Below, piece by piece: positions 18,154-25,914 of a DNA stretch of 27,898 bases; the stretch's first letter is position 1; each line of letters starts with the position of its first letter. The position numbers were made by a program, and so were the translations under genes. Source of the stretch: a virus (taxonomy: Duplodnaviria > Caudoviricetes); IMG/VR virus record IMGVR_UViG_3300043410_001001, positions 1-27,898 of that record. One strand, 5' to 3'. The notes under the pieces were generated by a model. The model searched no databases. It was not told the DNA's origin and saw only the letters and a list, made by a program, of their open reading frames with translations.

Positions 18154-18159
18154 TATTTA
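18154..18159 (-). promoter_or_regulatory. Late promoter-like box TAAATA
   Basis: GACTAAATACTACTA just after the stop of 18174-19313. Confidence 0.65.
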
Positions 18160-18173
18160 GTCGTATAGGAAAA

Positions 18174-19313
18174 TTAACCCACTACAAGGGCCCAAAGATT
18201 AGTAAGCTCTTCCATGATAGGAAGAGTAACAACAACTCCACCGCCTGTTGCAACGGTATATACGTTTCCGTCAAAACACTCTAAATAACCTTTCTGAGTA
18301 TTCCATCGAGTATCTCCTTCTTCGATGTAAGGTCTTTCAGCATTGTTTCCAACAGGAACAACAACACCGGTATTGGTGTCAAATTTTGTCCAACCAGCGG
18401 CAGTTTGAGTTATGGTAATTGGTGTATTTTCTAAATTTGTTATAACTCCACCGTTTATTGTGATCCTTTCTAAAGTTATATTTCCCGAAGAAGAATCAAG
18501 TATAAGGTCGTCGTTGCTTTGAATAGTTGATATAGTATGGCCAGTAATCAGTGTTTGCCCACTAATGATTAAATTGGTTGTATTAATATAAGTTACACCA
18601 GGATCGTTATAAAACCAAAATTCTGCCCATCTCTTATTTGGTTTTCCTAGATCATATAAATTATTATCGCCCGGTATAATACTTTGAGTAAAATCAGGAG
18701 AAACTACCACGGTATCGATAGCATTATCACCAATAGTTAATGCTCCGTTAAATTGTAGATTCCCGGAAGCGGAAATATTTCCTCCAACTGATAAATCATT
18801 GTTAATATTAAGAGTTGATTGAAAATCGACTATACCTGTTCCGTGTGGATCTAATATTAAATTTGTATTTGTTGCAGTAACTTGTATATAATTGTCTTTT
18901 AATTCAAGTTTAGGATTAGTAACTTTTCCATATTGGACATAAGGATTACTGCCTTGCGGCTCAATAATAATTGGTCCAACGGTTGAAGTTACAGATCCAT
19001 TAGAATTAAAAACAACATTATCAAATGTAGCGATAGTTCCATTTGCTATAAAACTATTAGATATGTTTGTTTTTCCTACAACTTCAAGAGCAAAGTTTGG
19101 ATTTTCTTTGTTGATACCAATTCTGCTGTTATTAACATCTAGGTATAAAAGATCAGAATCCGTTGAGGAATTTCGAAATGTAAGGTCAACCCCGTTTCGT
19201 AAAAGATTTTCTTTTAAAAGTTTTCCACTGATTCGTCCTAGGGCTGCGGCAGGATTATATTCATCGCCACCAAATCCATCACTAAAACCACCATCTGAAA
19301 TAATGTCCGACAT
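18174..19313 (-). CDS. Fibre-like virion protein (379 aa)
   Basis: LGRISGKLLKENLLRNGVDL...DLLYLDVNNSRIGIN aligns with the neighbouring paralog; C-terminal PVGNNAERP...GDTRWNT...LECFDG. Confidence 0.7.
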   Translation of the reverse strand: MSDIISDGGFSDGFGGDEYNPAAALGRISGKLLKENLLRNGVDLTFRNSSTDSDLLYLDVNNSRIGINKENPNFALEVVGKTNISNSFIANGTIATFDNVVFNSNGSVTSTVGPIIIEPQGSNPYVQYGKVTNPKLELKDNYIQVTATNTNLILDPHGTGIVDFQSTLNINNDLSVGGNISASGNLQFNGALTIGDNAIDTVVVSPDFTQSIIPGDNNLYDLGKPNKRWAEFWFYNDPGVTYINTTNLIISGQTLITGHTISTIQSNDDLILDSSSGNITLERITINGGVITNLENTPITITQTAAGWTKFDTNTGVVVPVGNNAERPYIEEGDTRWNTQKGYLECFDGNVYTVATGGGVVVTLPIMEELTNLWALVVG

Positions 19314-19315
19314 TT

Positions 19316-20215
19316 TTAATCAGTTCCAAAAAGTTCTATAACTTGTATTCTTACGTTTGAATTTAATGTAGTAGTTACATTTAATTCAATACTATTTGCA
19401 CCTGCATTATAAGTTCCGTCGAACGAACCTAATGGGCTTGTTCCTGTGTAGCATAAACCGTAAGATGTAACATGTACTATGTTAGTGTCTTGATCATAAA
19501 CAGCAATTACATCACATGCTTGAGATTGATAAGGGCTAAATGTTTCTATTAAAGTAAAAAGTTTTATTCCTCTAACATATTGGTTAGTACTATAAATTGT
19601 AGTAATCACTGACGCAGTAGTAGAAATTACTGAACTTCCAGATAATCCAGCAGTTGGGCTACCATTAGAAAGAAATAACTTTCCGTCACTAGCTAGAGAG
19701 AATGTATAAGACCCATTTACTAATTCTGTGCTTTGTCCCGAACTTGAAATTGTAATAGAATCTGCAGGAGCATTTGTTGTAATTGATATACCCGTTCCTG
19801 CGACTAAGGTTAATGTATCGGTTGAGCTATCTGCCGAAACCGTAGTTTGGCCGGAAACAGCAAAATATTTAAAGCTATCGGTGGTACTGCCACCTCCGCC
19901 GACCAAATAACTTTCAGCTAAACTTGCTGGGAATGTTACAGAAACATTTTTGCCGCCTGCTGGAAAATTTACTAATAGATTGTTATTAGATGAAGATACA
20001 ATTGTGTCTCTAGTTAAACTAGAAGTAATTGAAAAATAGGTTCCCCGACCAACTTCCCAATTTCCTGCGCCATCAGCAATAAGATAATAGGTTTCGTTTC
20101 CATCACCTACTGCATCAAACCCTTGAAATCCCGGATAAGTTGTCGTTAGAGTAAAATCGCCCGTTCCTGTACTTTGTGAACGAACTTTAACTCTATCTGC
20201 TAAAATAAAAGCCAT
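19316..20215 (-). CDS. Mosaic tail-fibre-like protein (299 aa)
   Basis: N-terminal ADRVK...TGTG...GFQ...WEVGRGTY...LTR...SSN...F-x-AG-x-K-x-V domain recalled from fibre N-termini of other phages; GGGG linker; VSGQ...ADS...DTLTLVAGTGISIT unit; SD AAAGGAG. Confidence 0.6.
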   Translation of the reverse strand: MAFILADRVKVRSQSTGTGDFTLTTTYPGFQGFDAVGDGNETYYLIADGAGNWEVGRGTYFSITSSLTRDTIVSSSNNNLLVNFPAGGKNVSVTFPASLAESYLVGGGGSTTDSFKYFAVSGQTTVSADSSTDTLTLVAGTGISITTNAPADSITISSSGQSTELVNGSYTFSLASDGKLFLSNGSPTAGLSGSSVISTTASVITTIYSTNQYVRGIKLFTLIETFSPYQSQACDVIAVYDQDTNIVHVTSYGLCYTGTSPLGSFDGTYNAGANSIELNVTTTLNSNVRIQVIELFGTD

Positions 20216-20216
20216 T

Positions 20217-20249
20217 TACGTATCTCCGCTCCTTTGATACGTATATTTA
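20217..20249 (-). promoter_or_regulatory. TAAATA box abutting an 8-bp hairpin that encloses the Shine-Dalgarno
   Basis: mRNA sense TAAATA-TACGTATC-AAAGGAGCGGA-GATACGTA-A-ATG; the arms are perfect reverse complements. Confidence 0.65.
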
Positions 20250-20261
20250 ACCGTTTGAATA

Positions 20262-20762
20262 TTAGTTTGCGAAACCGAAATATATGGTTATTGACTTATC
20301 TAAAGGTACTGCGCTAGTGAATACAATATATGCATCGCCTGAGCCTAGGTGATTATAAGAAATATTGTAGTTTGTAACTGATATTTGTATTACGTTTTCA
20401 ACCAACACAATAATGTTATCGTCGGCTGCAGGAATGTCGTATAGTGGGCCAAATGTTGTTTCTGTGTCGTCGCCTGGACCTAGTGTTTGTTTATATATCG
20501 ATGTTGCTCCGGGTGCTCTTACAACTTCCCAAACTCCATCGATCAATGCTTCTATTGAATTTGTGTCTGTATTATATCTTATAAATCCGTCAGCGCCGTC
20601 TGGATTTCTTACGCTTGAAGTTTGAGGTCTTTGTGCTTCTGTGCCTTTAGGCAATCTTAGACCGCCGGTTAAATCCATAACGGCACGACCGTAGTGATTA
20701 GTAAACAATGTATTGTCACTAGGACTATACTTGCTAAGAGTTTTTTGTTTAAGAAATCTCAT
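20262..20762 (-). CDS. Virion structural protein (fibre/baseplate-associated)
   Basis: LRLPKGTEAQRP...GFIRYNTDTNSIE motif, then an NIIVLVENVIQ...Y...IVFTSAVP Ig-like unit; ATGA overlap with the upstream gene. Confidence 0.65.
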   Translation of the reverse strand: MRFLKQKTLSKYSPSDNTLFTNHYGRAVMDLTGGLRLPKGTEAQRPQTSSVRNPDGADGFIRYNTDTNSIEALIDGVWEVVRAPGATSIYKQTLGPGDDTETTFGPLYDIPAADDNIIVLVENVIQISVTNYNISYNHLGSGDAYIVFTSAVPLDKSITIYFGFAN

Positions 20763-21127
20763 ACTGCCAATGTACTCACGGTTATACTTAATAAATTTGC
20801 TGCGCTAGCTGTCATTCTAATTGTATCGCCAGAATTTAAAACAATTTTTTCATCGCTAAAAAATACGGTTTCGCCTGCAGGTATAATTAAATTCTTAACA
20901 ATAGTATTAGTATCTGATGCACTTCCGCCACCTGCACATAAGTTAATGGTTAACGTGGAACTATTAACGGTTTCGTCTGTTAGATTAGGAGTTCCTGTAT
21001 TACAAACAATAATCGATGTAACTGCATTTTCTTGTCCTAAAACAGGACCTGCAATTGGAGCCCCAGTGGTACTACTGGTGTACACTAATGTATCGCTAGT
21101 TGTGGTTAATCTGGTGCTGTATATCAT
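20759..21127 (-). CDS. Small beta-rich virion structural protein (family member 1 of 3)
   Basis: TLVYT...IIVCN...LIIPAGET...EKIVLNSGDTIRMTAS...ITVS pattern. Confidence 0.65.
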   Translation of the reverse strand: MIYSTRLTTTSDTLVYTSSTTGAPIAGPVLGQENAVTSIIVCNTGTPNLTDETVNSSTLTINLCAGGGSASDTNTIVKNLIIPAGETVFFSDEKIVLNSGDTIRMTASAANLLSITVSTLAV

Positions 21128-21139
21128 GTTTTTTATCTC

Positions 21140-22156
21140 TTAAAATATTACGCTGTACAAAAAGGCTTTTCTTTTACTTATTAATTCGTCTGTGTTAGAT
21201 GTATTAACAAAATATAAACCTGTGTTACCGGTTCCAACTGAACCTCCATATAACAATGTAGAATTATCAACTGATGCCGGAGTTACTCCGTTGTCATCTA
21301 ATTGTAATGCATAGGTAATTTCTACTTTACCAGTGCTGTTTGTTTCTAATTTAATATTACCACTAGAACTTGTGGTTTGAATAACAGCAGCATCTGCTGT
21401 ACCAAATGGTGCTCCCGGGGCGGCATCTTCTGTAAAAAAGTTTAAGCCTGCAAATCGTACCTGCGATCTAGAAAAAGATGCTACTTCAATATCATCAGCT
21501 AATATTGAAACTAAACTTTCAAGTGGTTGTGAAATATATTGTCCAATAGAATTAGACGGAGATAGTGGAGGATCTAACGGATCATTAAGGTCAAATGCAA
21601 CTACACGAGTATCGTCTCGTCTTAATTGATATGTTGGATTATTTAAAATTGCATAATCAACATAATCTTTGTTTGGAATATCATCTGGGTCAGTTACCTG
21701 TAATCGATAATTGTTAGTGCCTAATACTTTAACGACTCCGGTGCCAAACCCAATCAATGTTAAATCGCCATCGTCTGTATCAGCATCTGTTAATAATTCT
21801 TTTAATCTTAGTCTGCTGTAATTATAATCGTATCCGCTTTCTGGAGTTCCGTTACCAATATTCCAAGTGTCATCATTTTCATCATAGACAATTGCAGTTT
21901 TAGTTTCAAGTCCTCTATCAACTTCCATGCCGGAAAAGCGCAGAGTTACCCCTGCGCCAGTCTCACCATAGTTTAATGTAATCAAATTATCCTGAACCTG
22001 CAAGTTTTCTGCAGATACCGTTAATGTATCTCCATCTACTACTAGATTTCCAGTGACTCTAACTTCACCAACTCCGGGTCCGGTATTTAAAGTTACCTTA
22101 CCTCCAGTTTTGGTTTTTATATTATAGTCACCGTTGACTTGGATAAATTGACCCAT
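21140..22156 (-). CDS. Virion structural/fibre-like protein (338 aa)
   Basis: GNLVVDGDT...NLQVQDNLITLN...GMEVDRG and IPNKDYVD motifs typical of phage fibre shafts; structural gene context. Confidence 0.6.
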   Translation of the reverse strand: MGQFIQVNGDYNIKTKTGGKVTLNTGPGVGEVRVTGNLVVDGDTLTVSAENLQVQDNLITLNYGETGAGVTLRFSGMEVDRGLETKTAIVYDENDDTWNIGNGTPESGYDYNYSRLRLKELLTDADTDDGDLTLIGFGTGVVKVLGTNNYRLQVTDPDDIPNKDYVDYAILNNPTYQLRRDDTRVVAFDLNDPLDPPLSPSNSIGQYISQPLESLVSILADDIEVASFSRSQVRFAGLNFFTEDAAPGAPFGTADAAVIQTTSSSGNIKLETNSTGKVEITYALQLDDNGVTPASVDNSTLLYGGSVGTGNTGLYFVNTSNTDELISKRKAFLYSVIF

Positions 22157-22170
22157 GGATACTTCCTAAA

Positions 22171-22563
22171 TTATAGTGCTGTTAAAACAATATAGTCTGC
22201 TGATGAATCAGATTCTAAATACCATGTATAACGGTTTCCACTAAAATCTGTAAAAATACGTTTAGTAATTTTAGCACAATTTACTAGGTTAGCATCTAAC
22301 ATACCAGATGTTGAACCAGTCATTTGCATTTCGCCAGATGCACTCGGTGTGCCGTTTTTTAATACACAAGTATAATAAGCACTAGTGGTTCCAATGTCTG
22401 CTCGAGCGCAAACTACAAATGTTTTTGCACCGCGTTGTTTAAGAATAACGCCGGTCGTTACTAGTGATGATCCGTTGTGAAATTTTACGGTGATACCAGT
22501 ATCACTAACTGGTGTGTTGATTACGTCAGTACCTCTGACATCTTTTCTTAATGGACGTCCCAT
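22171..22563 (-). CDS. Hypothetical, probable virion protein (130 aa, MGRPLRKD...)
   Basis: Start reassigned to ATG 22563 with SD AAGGAGA; the track start 22620 has no SD and crosses the leader hairpin. Confidence 0.65.
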   Translation of the reverse strand: MGRPLRKDVRGTDVINTPVSDTGITVKFHNGSSLVTTGVILKQRGAKTFVVCARADIGTTSAYYTCVLKNGTPSASGEMQMTGSTSGMLDANLVNCAKITKRIFTDFSGNRYTWYLESDSSADYIVLTAL

Positions 22564-22591
22564 TTGTTTTCTCCTTAGTTGACGTTCTGGG

Positions 22592-22636
22592 TCTACGCAG
22601 AGGGATTCTGCATAAATCATTACGATACTTTATTTA
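22592..22636 (-). promoter_or_regulatory. TAAATA box (22631-22636) followed by a 10-bp leader hairpin (22592-22616)
   Basis: UUUAUGCAGA-AUCCC-UCUGCGUAGA (two G-U pairs), no U-tract after it. Confidence 0.55.
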
Positions 22637-22903
22637 TCAACGAGCAAGTAATGCCATTAGCTCTAACTTTTCTACTAATTCTAAAACTCTATTAATTTCA
22701 TTAATTTCGTTTTGAGCATTTTCTAAATATCGTCGTTGTTTTGTTTGTCTATAATGAACACCGGCTATTGCAAAATTTTGTATATGATGTTCTATTATGT
22801 GTTCAATTCGATTTACATCGTGTGCAAACATTGGGAATCGACTACGCCATGCTTGTATATGCTTGCGTAGTAAAGAAAAATCTTGTTCTCCTTCTATTCG
22901 CAT
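22637..22903 (-). CDS. Hypothetical helical protein (88 aa), probably leaderless
   Basis: Start reassigned to ATG 22903 (MRIEGEQDF...); the track start 22924 lies inside the terminator. TAAATA sits 5 nt upstream and there is no SD. Confidence 0.65.
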   Translation of the reverse strand: MRIEGEQDFSLLRKHIQAWRSRFPMFAHDVNRIEHIIEHHIQNFAIAGVHYRQTKQRRYLENAQNEINEINRVLELVEKLELMALLAR

Positions 22904-22908
22904 AATGA

Positions 22909-22914
22909 TATTTA
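22909..22914 (-). promoter_or_regulatory. Late promoter-like box TAAATA
   Basis: GCGTAAATATCATTATG, immediately downstream of the capsid terminator. Confidence 0.65.
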
Positions 22915-22921
22915 CGCCAAA

Positions 22922-22947
22922 CAAAAAGCCCCTTACGGGGCTTTTTG
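22922..22947 (-). terminator. Rho-independent terminator after the major capsid gene (potentially bidirectional)
   Basis: Perfect inverted repeat CAAAAAGCCCC-GTAA-GGGGCTTTTTG with GNRA loop and U-tract. Confidence 0.9.
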
Positions 22948-22972
22948 AATTTACTAAAGTAAAATTTACTAA

Positions 22973-24145
22973 TTAAGCAAACTTCAAGTTAGCTGTTGTA
23001 ACAGCAACTTTAGCTAGGTAGTCAGCTGCATTACCTAGAGAAGAAGCTGTGTTAGTTAGTTCAACATAACCATAACGTGTCATGAAGCTAACTACTGGTT
23101 CAAATGTTGATGGATCCAATACAACACCGCTGCTCATCAATGGAATGTATGGGCAGTAGAATGCTGGAGCATCAGATTCGCTAGAACCTTTATAACCGAT
23201 TAGAACGTCATCGCCTGTAGCGTATGTGTTAACAAACACTCTCATAGCGCCATTCAATGTACCAACAAACTTAGTGTTAGTTGGAGCTTCGAATGTACCT
23301 TCTGTTGTTCTTGCGAAAGCAGAAGTTGTAGCACTTTGTAGAAGTGTCAATGTTGTTGGGCTAACAACAGCGTAGTTACCAGCACCACGACGTGTACGTT
23401 GAGCGATCAAGTTAGAAGCGCGGTTGATTTGAACAGCTAAAGCAGCGTGTTCGTCACCAACGAATGTAGCTGTACCAGAAACAGCAGATTGGTCGTATGT
23501 TAATACGGTACCTGCTAGGTTGTTTAGGCTACCAATAACTTCTTGGTCGATTTCAGCAGTAATTTCTTGTGCAAGAGCTGCCATGATTTCTGCTTCGATA
23601 TCGATACCTTGTTGAGCTTGTGCATCTTGTGCAGCTTCGAAAGTCCAGCGAGCTGATAACTTACGAGTTTTAGCTTCAACGGTTTGTTTCAAGATTTGAA
23701 TGCTTAGTCTGTTACCAGCTACACCTTCAAGAGCTGCTGTAGAAGCTGCCTTGTCAGTTGCTGCTGCGCCAGAATAGCCTTCAGCAATCTTAAATGGTGA
23801 TAGAGCTTCATCACCTGCAGTTACGTCAGTACCACTTGTACTATTAAATGTATCGCTGTAGCGAACACGTAGAGTGTGGATCTGACCAACTGGTCCTGTC
23901 ATTGGCTGTACGCCTACCAATTCGTTAGCAATAACGGTTGGCATTACACGTCTGATTACAGGTAGAATGACGCGATTTAGTGTTGCAACGTTACCGGCGG
24001 AAGTAGCACCAGCTGTAGCACTTTCTGCTAGATACTTGCGAGTATTTTCTAGAGTAGTTGCCATAACGGTACGCTTGTTACCTTGTAGGCCTTCTAATAG
24101 TGCCTCTTTGGTTTCCGACCAGCGTGACTCGAGTAGTTGTGACAT
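22973..24145 (-). CDS. gp23: Major capsid protein, T4 gp23 family
   Basis: ILPVIRRVMP..IA.ELVGVQPMTGP.GQI, VEAKTRKL.ARWT.E.AQD, EI..EIDQE, FYCPYIPL and FMTRYG motifs; SD AAGGAGA. Confidence 0.97.
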   Translation of the reverse strand: MSQLLESRWSETKEALLEGLQGNKRTVMATTLENTRKYLAESATAGATSAGNVATLNRVILPVIRRVMPTVIANELVGVQPMTGPVGQIHTLRVRYSDTFNSTSGTDVTAGDEALSPFKIAEGYSGAAATDKAASTAALEGVAGNRLSIQILKQTVEAKTRKLSARWTFEAAQDAQAQQGIDIEAEIMAALAQEITAEIDQEVIGSLNNLAGTVLTYDQSAVSGTATFVGDEHAALAVQINRASNLIAQRTRRGAGNYAVVSPTTLTLLQSATTSAFARTTEGTFEAPTNTKFVGTLNGAMRVFVNTYATGDDVLIGYKGSSESDAPAFYCPYIPLMSSGVVLDPSTFEPVVSFMTRYGYVELTNTASSLGNAADYLAKVAVTTANLKFA

Positions 24146-24155
24146 ATAGTTCTCC

Positions 24156-25250
24156 TTAAACTTTTAGTCCCGCAAGCCTGCGGATGTCAAATATTTCAGC
24201 GGTTTTTTCCTCTCCGCTGATTGATTGTGCCTTTTCTTTATTGCCTGTAACTTCTTTAGCCTCTGTAAGTGCTTTCTTCGCCGGTGATCCACCATCCATT
24301 ACAGCTGGTAGGTACTTGTCGAAAGCTCCATGTAATTTTTCAGTTTGAACTGATTCTAGTAGTTCGCGCATAACCGCTTTCTTATCACCAGATAATGGTC
24401 CAAGCAATTCGCTCATAACGTCCTTGCGTTTGGTTTCATTAACGATTTTAGCAATTTCTGCTTCTTTGCTTTCTACTAGTTTTTGTGATTCTGCAACAAC
24501 TTTAGCTGCTTCTTCAACTTCTTTGGTCTTTTGTTCAACGACTTTTAGAAGTTTAGCTGTCTCTGATTTCTCATTAAGATAGCTCGTTGCAAATTCGCTA
24601 GCAAAACTTTCAAAAATTCTGCGACCAAAGTCATTCTTGCGAGCTGCTTCAATGTCTTCACGTAGCTGGGTCATTTCAGAGCGTAGGCCTTTGCTTACGG
24701 TTTCTTCAATGATTTTTGCTGAACGTTCAATAAACTCTTTGCGAACTTGTTCAAACTTAGCTTTGCTTTCGCGAACTAGTTTAACTTTAGTTTCTGCAAG
24801 ATCTTTCTTATCTTGATGGAATTCTGCAATTTCCTTTGCTAGAGCATCAACGATAAATGATTCTAATTTAGAGACATTTTCTGCAACTGACTTACGATCT
24901 GCGTGTAGTTCTGACACTTCCTTTTGTAAGTTATTAAAAATAAATGACTCAAATGCTGTTGCATCTGAAGTCATTTTCTTAACATACTTGGCTTTAGCAT
25001 CGATCAATCCTTGACGATCTTCTGCAAGTTCTGATAACTCAGATTGTAGACGATCAACTAACATTGATTCAACAGCTTCAACCATTGCGGACTTGTCATG
25101 CTCATATTTCTGAGCAAATTCTTCACGTAGCGCAGTAGTGACTTGTTCACGGTTTTCTTGAATTCTGCTATCCCAAGCAGCTTCAATTTCCGATTTAATT
25201 TCTTCGGAAATCACATTGTTCTCAAACAATTGTTTTACGATATCTAGCAT
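24156..25250 (-). CDS. gp22: Prohead core scaffolding protein, gp22-like
   Basis: 364-aa Glu/Lys-rich coiled coil located between protease and capsid genes; SD AGGAGA. Confidence 0.85.
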   Translation of the reverse strand: MLDIVKQLFENNVISEEIKSEIEAAWDSRIQENREQVTTALREEFAQKYEHDKSAMVEAVESMLVDRLQSELSELAEDRQGLIDAKAKYVKKMTSDATAFESFIFNNLQKEVSELHADRKSVAENVSKLESFIVDALAKEIAEFHQDKKDLAETKVKLVRESKAKFEQVRKEFIERSAKIIEETVSKGLRSEMTQLREDIEAARKNDFGRRIFESFASEFATSYLNEKSETAKLLKVVEQKTKEVEEAAKVVAESQKLVESKEAEIAKIVNETKRKDVMSELLGPLSGDKKAVMRELLESVQTEKLHGAFDKYLPAVMDGGSPAKKALTEAKEVTGNKEKAQSISGEEKTAEIFDIRRLAGLKV

Positions 25251-25266
25251 GTGATTCTCCTACTGG

Positions 25267-25899
25267 TTATTTTAGCCCTGCGATTATTCGCTTTAGGCTC
25301 TCTGCTAAGTATTTCTGTGCCTGAGGGTCGCCTTTAACTTCTTGTGCAATTTTATAAGCCTGATATCCACCTGTATTATTCATCAAGTGTTCATAAACTG
25401 GAGTTGGGTAAGCGCCAGGTGCGCTTGGTTGAGCTACAATGTCAACCGTAATAATTTCAAATCCCTGTACTTGTCCTTGGCCGTCAACTTCTCCAGATCC
25501 TCTGGATGACACACCAAGTTTAACTCCCGACTCTAACATGGTCTGAATTAACTGACCCATTGGAGTTGGAAGTATTTTAAGTTTTCCGTAGCCGTTAGGA
25601 CCGTCCATCCACATCTTAGTAATCATGTGTGATACACGGTCGAGGTTGATGCGTAAATCTTGAGGGTGATCAACTTCACCTAGTACGGAGTATCCGCCAG
25701 AGATCTGTTCGTTAAGCGTTTTGACAGCCCTGCCAATCTCTTGAGAAGAATAAACACGTTGATTTGCATTGCGGATATCTCCTTGAATGCAAATACCGTT
25801 TAAGTGCAGTGACTTTTTACCATCACTGCCTTCTTCGCTCTCCAAGACAATCTTAGCCTGGTCGTAACTCAAATGTTCTGCTAACGTGAGTCTGTTCAC
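25267..25899 (-). CDS. gp21: Prohead maturation protease, T4 gp21 family
   Basis: N.N.RVY, LGEVDHP (catalytic His), GVSSRGSG (catalytic Ser), DIVAQPSAPGAY; GTG start. Confidence 0.95.
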   Translation of the reverse strand: MNRLTLAEHLSYDQAKIVLESEEGSDGKKSLHLNGICIQGDIRNANQRVYSSQEIGRAVKTLNEQISGGYSVLGEVDHPQDLRINLDRVSHMITKMWMDGPNGYGKLKILPTPMGQLIQTMLESGVKLGVSSRGSGEVDGQGQVQGFEIITVDIVAQPSAPGAYPTPVYEHLMNNTGGYQAYKIAQEVKGDPQAQKYLAESLKRIIAGLK

Positions 25900-25914
25900 C
25901 TGTTAAACCCTCAA

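Noticed and set aside
22948-22972. Direct repeat aatttactaa x2 between capsid stop and terminator
   Set aside because: Short, AT-only and not seen in other intergenic regions; likely chance or local slippage.
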